64,000 nt of DNA from an uncultured Pelagibacteraceae bacterium (lineage in GTDB: Bacteria > Pseudomonadota > Alphaproteobacteria > Pelagibacterales > Pelagibacteraceae). Shown piece after piece: positions 20,428-29,703 of this stretch. Both the position numbers and the translations under genes were made by a program. Location of the stretch: assembly GCA_902516465.1 (NCBI GenBank), contig CABXZD010000003.1:1097-65096 (forward strand). The letters run 5' to 3'. The notes beneath the pieces were generated by a model. The model made no database searches. It was not told where the DNA came from and saw only the letters and a list, made by a program, of their open reading frames with translations. Each line of letters begins with the position of its first letter. The stretch's first letter is position 1.

Positions 20428-22212
20428 TTAGCTAATTAAAGATTTTTGTGGTTTCATATCATTTTTATTTATACCTGCTACTTTTACAGGTTTTTTCATA
20501 GCATCTCTTCTAAAAGGCTCACCAAGTTCTTGGTTTAGAATTACCTCTATAAATGTTGTAATTCCATTCTTTTGATCTTCACATGATTGTTTGATTGCAT
20601 TAGTTGTTTCTTCCATTGATTTAACAGTTACTCCTTTTAAACCACAAGCATCAGCCACTTTTGCGTAACTTAGTTCTGGATCTAATTCTGTTCCAACAAA
20701 ATTATTGTCAAACCAAAGAGTAGTATTCCTTTTTTCAGCACCCCACTGATAGTTTCTAAAAATAACCATTGTAATTGCTGGCCATTCTTCCCTTGCGCAT
20801 GAGCTCATTTCATTCATGCTTATTCCAAATGCACCATCTCCTGCAAAACCAATTACTGGTGTATCAGGGCATCCAATCTTTGCCCCTAAAATTGATGGAA
20901 AACCATAACCACAAGGTCCGAATAAACCTGGCGCTAAATATTTTCTTGGTTTTTCAAAAGTTGGGTATGCATTTCCAATTGCACAATTATTTCCAATGTC
21001 GCTAGAGATTATTACATCTTCGGGCATACCTGCTTGGATTGCTCTCCATGCTTGTCTTGGTGACATTCTATCTGCGTCTCTTTCTCTTGCCTCTTTATTC
21101 CACACTGTTCCCTCATCGTCATCTTCATGATCCAAACTTGATAATTTTTGTAACCATGCTGATTTAGTTTGATGAATGATATCTTTTCTTTTTTGTCTAT
21201 CAGTATCACCAGCTGTTGGCGAAAGTTGATCTAATATTTGTTGTGCTACTAGTTTAGCATCTCCACATATACCAACAGTAACTTTTTTTGTTAAACCAAT
21301 TCTATCTGAGTTCATATCAACCTGAATAATACTCGCGTCTTTAGGCCAATAATCTATTCCATAACCTGGGAGTGTTGAGAATGGATTAAGTCTTGTGCCT
21401 AAAGCTAAAACTACATCTGCTTTCGAAATTAATTCCATTCCAGCTTTTGATCCGTTATAACCTAATGGTCCTGCTGCTAATGGATGGCTTCCCGGAAAAC
21501 TATCATTGTGTTGATAACCAGAGCACACTGGAGCGTCTAACTTTTCAGCCAATTTTTTACACTCTTCAATAGCTCCTCCAATAACTACACCTGCTCCAGA
21601 TAATATTACTGGAAATCTTGCTTTTGATAATAAATCTGCAGCTTTTTTAATTGCATCAACTCCACCTGCCTGCCTTTCTAATCTTACTATTGGCGGAAGA
21701 TCTATATCAATTACTTGTGTCCAATAGTCTCTTGGAACATTTATTTGTGCTGGAGCTGAGCCTCTTATCGCTTTTTCGATTACTCTGTTTAAAACTTCAG
21801 CCATTCTAGAGGGATCTCTCACCTCTTCCTGATAACAAACCATATCTTTGAATAAATTCATTTGTTCCACTTCTTGAAAACCACCCTGACCCATCGTCTT
21901 ATTTGCTGCTTGTGGCGTGACTAGTAATAAAGGTGTATGATTCCAATAGGCTGTTTTAATTGGTGTAACTAACCCTGTTATACCTGGTCCATTTTGAGCT
22001 ATAACCATGGACATTTTTCCTGTTGCTCTTGTATAACCATCAGCAATTAAACCGCCATTAGTCTCATGTGCTACATCCCAAAATGTGATACCTGCATCAG
22101 GAAAGATATCTGAAATTGGCATGAAGGCTGATCCTATAATACCGAATGAATGCTCAATACCATGCATTTGTAAAACTTTAACAAAAGCTTCTTCGGTAGT
22201 CATTTTAGTCAT
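20428..22212 (-). CDS. xsc: Sulfoacetaldehyde acetyltransferase
   Basis: MTTEEAFVKVLQMHGIEHSFGIIGSA, ThDP motif GDGAFGIS...N, WGAEKRN, LGEPFRRDAM. Confidence 0.95.
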   Translation of the reverse strand: MTKMTTEEAFVKVLQMHGIEHSFGIIGSAFMPISDIFPDAGITFWDVAHETNGGLIADGYTRATGKMSMVIAQNGPGITGLVTPIKTAYWNHTPLLLVTPQAANKTMGQGGFQEVEQMNLFKDMVCYQEEVRDPSRMAEVLNRVIEKAIRGSAPAQINVPRDYWTQVIDIDLPPIVRLERQAGGVDAIKKAADLLSKARFPVILSGAGVVIGGAIEECKKLAEKLDAPVCSGYQHNDSFPGSHPLAAGPLGYNGSKAGMELISKADVVLALGTRLNPFSTLPGYGIDYWPKDASIIQVDMNSDRIGLTKKVTVGICGDAKLVAQQILDQLSPTAGDTDRQKRKDIIHQTKSAWLQKLSSLDHEDDDEGTVWNKEARERDADRMSPRQAWRAIQAGMPEDVIISSDIGNNCAIGNAYPTFEKPRKYLAPGLFGPCGYGFPSILGAKIGCPDTPVIGFAGDGAFGISMNEMSSCAREEWPAITMVIFRNYQWGAEKRNTTLWFDNNFVGTELDPELSYAKVADACGLKGVTVKSMEETTNAIKQSCEDQKNGITTFIEVILNQELGEPFRRDAMKKPVKVAGINKNDMKPQKSLIS

Positions 22213-22327
22213 TTGTAGAGCCTTTCTAAATAAGCAATTATAATATTTTCTAAAATATAATTGTTAATTTTTGCGATTACTATATAAGTTTTCAGAAATT
22301 TCAAATAATCAAATTGACACCATAAAT

Positions 22328-22612
22328 ATGGCTACAGACATAATAATTCACGATCAAAAAGACAATGTAGGTGTTGTTGTGATTGAAAAAGTCTCTCCCA
22401 AACAAGAATGTTCTTGCTGGATTATGGAGAATGATGGGTCTACAAATATTCAATCAATGGACGAAATACCTTTGGGTCATAAAATTGCAATGGTAGATTT
22501 AAAAGAGGGAGATACAATCCTTAAATATGGTCATGATATTGGTAAAGTAGTTAAATCAATCAAAAAAGGTGAGCATGTTCACGTTCATAATGTAAAAACT
22601 AAAAAATGGTAA
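22328..22612 (+). CDS. suyA: Sulfolactate sulfo-lyase small subunit (SAF/UxaA N-terminal domain)
   Basis: ATG 22328; [34 protein letters not shown]; 4 nt before suyB. Confidence 0.82.
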   Translation: MATDIIIHDQKDNVGVVVIEKVSPKQECSCWIMENDGSTNIQSMDEIPLGHKIAMVDLKEGDTILKYGHDIGKVVKSIKKGEHVHVHNVKTKKW

Positions 22613-22616
22613 CTAT

Positions 22617-23783
22617 ATGGAAATACCAAAAAGTTTTTTAGGTTATAAGAGAGAAAATGGAAGAGCTGGTACTAGAAACCACGTTATTATTCTTCCAGTA
22701 GATGATATTTCAAATGCTTGTGCTGAAGCGGTAGCCAACAACATAAAAGGTACAATTGCACTACCTCATTCTTACGGAAGACTTCAGTTTGGAGCTGATT
22801 TAGAGTTACATTTTAGAACAATGATTGGTACAGGTAGTAATCCAAATGTAGCTGCTGTAATTGTAATAGGAATTGAACCTAAATGGACAAAGAAAATTGT
22901 TGATGGAATTGCAAAAACAGGAAAACCAGTTGAAGGCTTCCATATAGAACGTACCGGTGACATTGGCACGGTAATGAAAGCTTCCAAAAAAGCACAAGAA
23001 TTTGTTATGTGGGCTTCTGAGAAACAAAGAGAAGAATGTCCAATAAGTGATTTATGGATTTCTGTTAAGTGTGGAGAATCTGATACGACATCTGGCTTAG
23101 CATCTAATCCAACTGTAGGAAATTTGATGGATAAACTGGAGCCTTTGGGAGTTCATTTATGTTTCGGTGAAACCTCAGAACTAACCGGTGCAGAAAAAGT
23201 TTGCTCATCAAGAGGTGCAACAAAAGAAGCTTCAGATAAATTTATGAAAACTTGGAATTCTTACAACGATTTTATTTTAAAGGAGGCGACAGACGATCTT
23301 TCTGAAAGTCAGCCGACAGCTGGTAATATTGCAGGAGGTCTGACAACAATAGAAGAAAAAGCTTTTGGTAATTTTCAAAAAATTGGTAATTGTAAATTTA
23401 TAGATGTTTTAGAACCTGCTGAAGAGCCAAAAAAGGGAAAAGGTTTATATTTTATGGATACTTCATCCGCAGCAGCTGAATGTGTAACTCTTCAAGCTGC
23501 AGCTGGTTTTAATATTCATTTATTTCCAACTGGTCAAGGTAATATAGTGGGTAATCCTATTGAACCAGTTGTTAAGTTAACTGCAAATCCTTTGACTGTT
23601 AAAGGAATGGGTGAACATATAGATTGTGATGTTTCAAAAATACTTTCAAGAGAAATGAATCTTTCTGAGGCTGGCGATAGACTTATAGAAACAACTATAA
23701 GAGTCGCTAATGGAAGACTAACTTGTGCAGAAGCTTTAGGTCATAAAGAATTTGTAATGACCAAACTTTATAGAAGTGCTTAA
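22617..23783 (+). CDS. suyB: Sulfolactate sulfo-lyase large subunit (UxaA family)
   Basis: [59 protein letters not shown]; divergent from xsc. Confidence 0.87.
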   Translation: MEIPKSFLGYKRENGRAGTRNHVIILPVDDISNACAEAVANNIKGTIALPHSYGRLQFGADLELHFRTMIGTGSNPNVAAVIVIGIEPKWTKKIVDGIAKTGKPVEGFHIERTGDIGTVMKASKKAQEFVMWASEKQREECPISDLWISVKCGESDTTSGLASNPTVGNLMDKLEPLGVHLCFGETSELTGAEKVCSSRGATKEASDKFMKTWNSYNDFILKEATDDLSESQPTAGNIAGGLTTIEEKAFGNFQKIGNCKFIDVLEPAEEPKKGKGLYFMDTSSAAAECVTLQAAAGFNIHLFPTGQGNIVGNPIEPVVKLTANPLTVKGMGEHIDCDVSKILSREMNLSEAGDRLIETTIRVANGRLTCAEALGHKEFVMTKLYRSA

Positions 23784-23797
23784 ATAAAAATTATCTC

Positions 23798-24871
23798 ATG
23801 AATTTTAAAAATTATTTGGTAGTTATACCAGGTATAATTCTTGCTTTTGTACTTTATACTCTTTCACAAGGTTTTAATAATATAATCGGTCTAGAATTTT
23901 TTAGATCACCTAAAAGTCCTATTTCAACTGCCATGATAGCTATACTTCTTGGAATATTTTTTGGAAATATTTTTTCAATTAGAAAAAGTTTTCAAGAAGG
24001 GTTGGATTTTACAAGGGAGCACATTTTAAAACTTGGTATCATATTCCTAGGAATTCAATTAAAGCCATTTGAATTTTTAAACTTCGGTAAAATTGTAATA
24101 CCTTTAATTATTATTTGCATAATAAGTGTTTTGGTTGTGATTAAGCTATTAATTATAAAACTTAAAATACCAACTAGAATGGCTTATCTTATATCTGTTG
24201 GAAGCACTGTATGTGGAACCACAGCTATCATAGCAACTGCACCTGTAATTAAAGCAAATAAAAATGAAGTATCCTACGCAATTGCAAATATTACTCTATT
24301 CGGAATTTTATCAATGCTATTATATCCCTATTTTGCCAATATTTATTTTGAGGGAAATGCTTTATTTGCCGGACTTTTTTTAGGAACATCTATACATGAA
24401 ACCTCACAAGTTGCTGCAGCCGGACTAATTTATGATCAACAGTTTAATAGTCCTGAAACTCTAAATATCGCAACTGTAACCAAACTTATTAGAAATACTT
24501 TTTTAATAATAATGATACCTCTTTTTGCATTTCTTTATAATAGGGGTAAAAGAAAGGAAAAAAATTATTCTATTTTAAATATTTTTCCTTATTTTGTTTT
24601 GGGTTTTGTCGGAATGATTATTTTAAGAAATTTAGGTGATCAACTTTTTATTCTCGATAGTGAGGATGAATGGTTGAAAATAATAAATTTTATTGAGGTA
24701 TCATCAAAAATTTTCTTAACTATGGCTATGGCGGCTATAGGTTTGTCGACAAATTTAAAAGATATTATAACTATGGGATACAAGCCTTTTTTTGTTGGTT
24801 TTATAGCAATGTTAACAGTAGGTGTTGTCTCAATTTTAACTTTAGAAATTTATCTAAAGTTATTTATTTAG
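23798..24871 (+). CDS. YeiH/PSE-family putative sulfate/sulfite exporter (SuyZ/TauZ-like)
   Basis: LKLGIIFLG, GSTVCGTTAIIATAP, GTSIHETSQV, TKLIRN, MAMAAIGL; 14 nt after suyB. Confidence 0.85.
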   Translation: MNFKNYLVVIPGIILAFVLYTLSQGFNNIIGLEFFRSPKSPISTAMIAILLGIFFGNIFSIRKSFQEGLDFTREHILKLGIIFLGIQLKPFEFLNFGKIVIPLIIICIISVLVVIKLLIIKLKIPTRMAYLISVGSTVCGTTAIIATAPVIKANKNEVSYAIANITLFGILSMLLYPYFANIYFEGNALFAGLFLGTSIHETSQVAAAGLIYDQQFNSPETLNIATVTKLIRNTFLIIMIPLFAFLYNRGKRKEKNYSILNIFPYFVLGFVGMIILRNLGDQLFILDSEDEWLKIINFIEVSSKIFLTMAMAAIGLSTNLKDIITMGYKPFFVGFIAMLTVGVVSILTLEIYLKLFI

Positions 24872-25958
24872 ATTGTTGTGATGTTTTATTAAAATATTTT
24901 GATCTAAATTTTGAAAACAATTTTCGAATAAAAGCTGCTCCAATTCCTAGAAGAACAGCAAACATAATTGAAAATAACCCATAAAAAAACGGCATATCTT
25001 CTGAAAACTCTTTAATAAATTTCGAGAAAAAATTCAAATCTGGTGAACTTACTGATGTAATTCCATTCTTAATTTGATCAGCAAAAAAAGTATCGTAAGC
25101 AATGACTATCCCAACAATTAATAATAAAATCGCTAATAAAGCCTTTAATCCCGAACTATCAATTTGCTCTCCAAGTTTCTGACCAACTTGAACTCCAATA
25201 ATTGAGCCCACAACAAGCATGACCACTAACATCAGGTCAATAGAACCATAATTAAACGAATGTAAAAAAGTTACTATAACGCTTACAAAAATTGTTACAA
25301 AAAGAGAAGTTCCAGGAACTAATCTTGTGGGCATCTTAATAATATAAATCATTGCTGGTACCAGTATGAAAGCACCCCCAATACCCATTATTGCAGCAAT
25401 AAAGCCAACAAATAATCCAATAATTATTGGAGTAAAAATACTCTCGTATAATTTAGACTTAGGGAACCTCATCCTGAAGGGAAGACCATGTATCCAATAA
25501 TGTACGTGCAATTTTTTTCTTTCAGCAAGATTTTTTTTTGCCTTGTCAATTTCACCAAGACTTTCTACTAGCATTAAAGTACCAATGATCGCTAGTATGT
25601 ACATGTAAGCTAGAGAAATTACTGTATCTATTTTTCCGATATCTTGAAAATATGTAAAAGTATAGATACCTACAGCAGTTCCAATTGAACCACCAATTAC
25701 AATCATAAAACCCATTTTGTAATCTAAAGTATTTTTTAAATAATGGGTTGTAGATCCTGACACTGAGGTAGCTAGAATATTATTTGCTTCATTAGCAACA
25801 GCATAAGCCGGAGGTACACCAAGGAAGATTAAAAATGGTGTCATCAGAAAACCACCACCTACTCCAAATAAACCAGAAAGAACTCCAACTATTGCGCTTA
25901 ACAGCAATATTTCAATGGGATTTACGAAAACTTGGGCTATAGGTAATAATACTTCCAT
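24864..25958 (-). CDS. TauE/SafE (TSUP) family exporter
   Basis: Duplicated GLFGVGGGFLMTP / IMGIGGAFILVP motifs, GTSLF. Confidence 0.85.
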   Translation of the reverse strand: MEVLLPIAQVFVNPIEILLLSAIVGVLSGLFGVGGGFLMTPFLIFLGVPPAYAVANEANNILATSVSGSTTHYLKNTLDYKMGFMIVIGGSIGTAVGIYTFTYFQDIGKIDTVISLAYMYILAIIGTLMLVESLGEIDKAKKNLAERKKLHVHYWIHGLPFRMRFPKSKLYESIFTPIIIGLFVGFIAAIMGIGGAFILVPAMIYIIKMPTRLVPGTSLFVTIFVSVIVTFLHSFNYGSIDLMLVVMLVVGSIIGVQVGQKLGEQIDSSGLKALLAILLLIVGIVIAYDTFFADQIKNGITSVSSPDLNFFSKFIKEFSEDMPFFYGLFSIMFAVLLGIGAAFIRKLFSKFRSKYFNKTSQQSK

Positions 25959-26037
25959 AAATATCAGTTCTATCTTGATTATTACTCATATATATAACTG
26001 TCAATAGAGATATTCAGGTAAAAAAATTAAAGCATAA

Positions 26038-26295
26038 ATGAAAAAACTTCTATTCATACTAATAATTTATCCTTTTTTTTTTACAAATGTGATTGGAGCT
26101 AATGCGAGTTGTATTGGGGGCAAATGTGAATTTAATAATAGTATTCATTACAAAACAGCCAATACCTATTGTATGCAAACTTTAAATTATGAAGAAGTAA
26201 AAACAGATTTTCAACATTTTACGATTTTAAATACTGGAGAAGTGTGTGAGATTTTAGAATCTGATCAAATTATTTTAGATGTTCAAATTAACTAA
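26038..26295 (+). CDS. Small exported four-Cys hypothetical protein
   Basis: Signal peptide ending ANA; four Cys in the mature part. Confidence 0.6.
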   Translation: MKKLLFILIIYPFFFTNVIGANASCIGGKCEFNNSIHYKTANTYCMQTLNYEEVKTDFQHFTILNTGEVCEILESDQIILDVQIN

Positions 26296-27226
26296 AAATA
26301 TCCTCAATTTCTTTATCTAAATCAGTATTCAAAGAAGATTTTTCTTTTTCTTTCTTGATATTATTTTCAGAAATATCATTTAAGACTTTAGAATTGATAT
26401 TTTCTTCCACAATCTTCTCTTTAACAAATGGTGTCCCTAAAATATTTGTTTTTGACAAAGAATTATTAAGTTCTTGGATTTGTTTAAAAATATTATTTTT
26501 TTCACTTTCAGTTTCATTAAAATTTTTTTTAATTATTTGATATTTATCTTTAACATTTAGTAATTCATTAGATAATCTAGTATTGTCATCTTGATAAAAT
26601 TTTATTTGATCAAACATTTCTTTAATTCGAGATTTATCTAGTAAAGACTCCGACTGTATTAATTTTAATTCATCTATAGTTTTTTGTAAATTTTTATTAT
26701 GGACTATGTAACGACTTATTGTATTTTTTAATTCATTATTATTTATCAATGATCTTTTATTTTCAGATTTAAGTATTTCTAATTTTTTATTTAAATCATT
26801 TAAACTAGATTGGAGTAAATCATTATTTGCTTTGTAATCATCAACTAATAATTTTTGATTTTTTATTATATCTAATTGTATTTCATTTCTATCAAGTAAT
26901 ATTTGTTCACCAGTTAATTTTTGTATTTCAGTCTCCTGATTTTTTATCAAATTCTCTATTTCTGAAGCTTGTTTTTTTGCAATAACATTGAGTTCTATAG
27001 CAGACTCTTTGATATCAGAAACCTTTCTTTTATTATTATTTTCAATTTCACTTAAAAAATATTTTTTTTTAACAAGATCATTAATCTTTAAAATTTCTTG
27101 TTTTACTCGGAAACGATTTTCTTCTAAAGCTGTCTCAGCTTGTTTTATTAAATCTTCTGTTTTTTTAGGAATTAAATTTTCTATGATTTTAATCTTTTTT
27201 TTTGAGTCCTCATTATCATCACTCAT
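26288..27226 (-). CDS. Coiled-coil protein (paralog of 27885..28901)
   Basis: Heptad-rich E/K/N/L/I composition; INNNELKNTISRYI and IKFYQDDNTRLSNELL motifs. Confidence 0.8.
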   Translation of the reverse strand: MSDDNEDSKKKIKIIENLIPKKTEDLIKQAETALEENRFRVKQEILKINDLVKKKYFLSEIENNNKRKVSDIKESAIELNVIAKKQASEIENLIKNQETEIQKLTGEQILLDRNEIQLDIIKNQKLLVDDYKANNDLLQSSLNDLNKKLEILKSENKRSLINNNELKNTISRYIVHNKNLQKTIDELKLIQSESLLDKSRIKEMFDQIKFYQDDNTRLSNELLNVKDKYQIIKKNFNETESEKNNIFKQIQELNNSLSKTNILGTPFVKEKIVEENINSKVLNDISENNIKKEKEKSSLNTDLDKEIEDIFS

Positions 27227-27244
27227 AACTAATAGATTTTTTGT

Positions 27245-27805
27245 TTACTTAAAAAAATTTGGTGAAAAAAATTTAAGTTTTTTTATTTTTTTACTGTCTT
27301 CCTCTTCGTTTTGAGATTTTTTGGGCAATTTATTTAAATTTTTATTAATATTTTTATTGATATTTACTACTTCACTTTTTTTTGCTGTTTGCATTCTATC
27401 TTTTGCATAGTTATCATTTGTGTTGTTTACTTCTGAACCATTATATGAACTTATTTTTTTTTCTAAATAATTGGTTTTTTCCTCAATGACTTTATTATGG
27501 TTTAATATATTCTCTGAAGTCGTTCTAATTTTATTTTTTATTTTATCTATTTGGCTATCAAGTTCTAACTCTTGAGAATTTAATTTTTCAGTTTGAATTA
27601 GACGATTTTCAAAAGCTTGAACTTTTTCTTGTAATAACGACTGTTTTTCCAATTCCTCTTTTTTAAGTTTCAAATCGTTTTGTAGTTGATTAATTTTATC
27701 TTGTTGTTCTTTTTTTTTTAAATTAATTTTTATCTCAGTATTATCTAAATCTCGATTTAGCTCTTCTAATCTGTTTTCTAGGTATTTAGTTTTAGATTCA
27801 ATCAT
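27245..27805 (-). CDS. Coiled-coil hypothetical protein
   Basis: Heptad-rich N-terminal two-thirds, low-complexity linker, C-terminal KLKFFSPNFFK. Confidence 0.72.
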   Translation of the reverse strand: MIESKTKYLENRLEELNRDLDNTEIKINLKKKEQQDKINQLQNDLKLKKEELEKQSLLQEKVQAFENRLIQTEKLNSQELELDSQIDKIKNKIRTTSENILNHNKVIEEKTNYLEKKISSYNGSEVNNTNDNYAKDRMQTAKKSEVVNINKNINKNLNKLPKKSQNEEEDSKKIKKLKFFSPNFFK

Positions 27806-27884
27806 TATTTTTATAAATAAATTTTAACGTGATAAAATTTATGTGTCAATTAATTGAGATTAGATAACAGATTTGTAGGGTTTT

Positions 27885-28901
27885 TTAGCTTTTATTAAAA
27901 ATTCTGCTGATAACTTCATCAAGACTTTTTTGTTCTTTATCATTAAGTTTTTCTAAATCTTCTGTCGCCTGTTGTGAATTTTCTTTTATAAAATTCGTTG
28001 AAACAACATTAGTTTTTGCCTCTATTGATCTACTAAGTTCATTAATCTTATCAGCAATTTTTGTTTTTTCTTTTTCTATATCAGTCAAATTTATTCTAAT
28101 GGTTTCACTCTTTCTTTGTGTAGATAAAAGCTCACTAGACAGTCTTACATTTTCATCTTGATAGAATTTTATCTTTTTATTGATTTCTTCTATTTCAAAA
28201 TTTTTTGTTTTTTCAATAGAATTTACCTTCTCTTGAAGTTTTTTCGTATTATTTATGTATCTTGAAATTGTATTTTTGAGCTCAGCATTATTTATTTCAA
28301 AACTTCTATTTTTTAATTCTTTCTTTTCTAGCTCATCATTTAAATTTGAAATAGTCTGCTCATTTTCTTTTATTAAATTATCTTTCTCACCAACAATATA
28401 ATTTAAGTTTTCTTTTAACGCCTTATTATTAATTTTAAGTTTTTCATTTTCATTTATTAATTTTTTATTTTCTTCGTTTGTTTGATTTAACATTTTTAAT
28501 GAGGATCTATGTTCATTATCTAAAGTCTGGTACTTTTCAGCTAAATCATCCTTACTTTTGGTTAAATAATCAATATTTTTTTTTAAATTTTTAATTTCAA
28601 TTTGTTCGTCGATAATTAGTTTTAACGTATTCTTTTTCAGTTTCTTTTTTAGAAAATGGTAAAGTTCATTAACCATTTTATCTTTTACTTCGGGTTTAAT
28701 CTTAACCTCGTGATTTAGGAGATTTAAGTGATAATCATTTTCAATAGTTACTTCATTTTTCAGTACTAATAAATCTTTGCTATCTTCTTTTTTTGATTTT
28801 AAGTCATCCTCATCAGTTTTTTTGTTATTTTTAATTGAAGTTTTTGGGTACAATAAATTATTAGTCGCATCAACGATTTCTTTAATAGAATAAATTTTCA
28901 T
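27885..28901 (-). CDS. Coiled-coil protein (paralog of 26288..27226)
   Basis: Heptad-rich; INNAELKNTISRYI and IKFYQDENVRLSSELL motifs. Confidence 0.8.
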   Translation of the reverse strand: MKIYSIKEIVDATNNLLYPKTSIKNNKKTDEDDLKSKKEDSKDLLVLKNEVTIENDYHLNLLNHEVKIKPEVKDKMVNELYHFLKKKLKKNTLKLIIDEQIEIKNLKKNIDYLTKSKDDLAEKYQTLDNEHRSSLKMLNQTNEENKKLINENEKLKINNKALKENLNYIVGEKDNLIKENEQTISNLNDELEKKELKNRSFEINNAELKNTISRYINNTKKLQEKVNSIEKTKNFEIEEINKKIKFYQDENVRLSSELLSTQRKSETIRINLTDIEKEKTKIADKINELSRSIEAKTNVVSTNFIKENSQQATEDLEKLNDKEQKSLDEVISRIFNKS

Positions 28902-28984
28902 AAATTTTTTAGAATCAACTACATATCTCTTATATTATTTTGTTAGATTTTATTCAAGTAATGGTTGTATTGAATAAAAGTAAA

Positions 28985-29698
28985 TTAATTTGTTATAAAG
29001 ATTCTACTATCATTATCGTCTGTTAGACGCACACCAGTTAATTTACCTGAAAAGTAACAACCACTATCAATATTTATTCTATATGGATCACTAATGATAT
29101 TTTCTACAGGAGTATGACCATGAACAATAATTTTTTCAGCTTTAAACTTTTTGCTAAAAAATTCCTCTGATCTAGACCATAGATAATCTTTTTTTGTTTG
29201 ATCATTTAACTTTTTTTGTGGATCAATTCCTGCATGAACGAATAAGTATTTTTTGGTTGAAAAAGATATTTCTAGATTTTCAAAAAAATTAAGATGATTT
29301 CTGTCTATTTTTTTTAGAGCAGTTTCTCTTAAATCGTTGATTATATTTTCTTCAAATCCATCTTTAATAAATTCAACAATTTCTATTCCATAACTTCTAA
29401 ATGTAGTATCTGCTCCATAGTTAAGCCAATTTTTAATGTTATTATTTTTATTGAATAAAAAATCAATCATAAATTCATCATGATTTCCCATTAAATTTAT
29501 AGTTTTAATTTTACTATCCTTAAGTTTAATTATTTGATTAATAACCTCTTTTGAGTTTTTTCCTCTATCAATATAATCACCAAGATAAATTAATAAGTCA
29601 TTTTTAGGATCAAATTTATTGTATGTTAATATATTTTTGTGGAGCGACGTAAGCTGTGATAAACATCCATGAATATCACCAATAGCAAATAAATTCAT
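28985..29698 (-). CDS. PPP-family metallophosphoesterase (PphA/PrpA-like protein phosphatase)
   Basis: GDIHG, GDYIDRG, GNHD, FVHAG, VHGHTP, IDSG. Confidence 0.92.
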   Translation of the reverse strand: MNLFAIGDIHGCLSQLTSLHKNILTYNKFDPKNDLLIYLGDYIDRGKNSKEVINQIIKLKDSKIKTINLMGNHDEFMIDFLFNKNNNIKNWLNYGADTTFRSYGIEIVEFIKDGFEENIINDLRETALKKIDRNHLNFFENLEISFSTKKYLFVHAGIDPQKKLNDQTKKDYLWSRSEEFFSKKFKAEKIIVHGHTPVENIISDPYRINIDSGCYFSGKLTGVRLTDDNDSRIFITN

Positions 29699-29703
29699 AA
29701 TAT

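Noticed and set aside
22271-22327. N-terminal extensions given by the ORF track for suyA (also dctM, DUF3047, HAD and ligase genes)
   Set aside because: Downstream ATGs fit family N-termini and gene coupling better
25960-26040. att-like direct repeats at the island boundaries (compared with 57460-57730)
   Set aside because: Only short AT-rich similarities; nothing convincing by eye
26288-28901. SMC/Wadjet-type defence or chromosome-segregation ATPases
   Set aside because: No Walker A/B or hinge motifs; the similarity is generic coiled-coil composition
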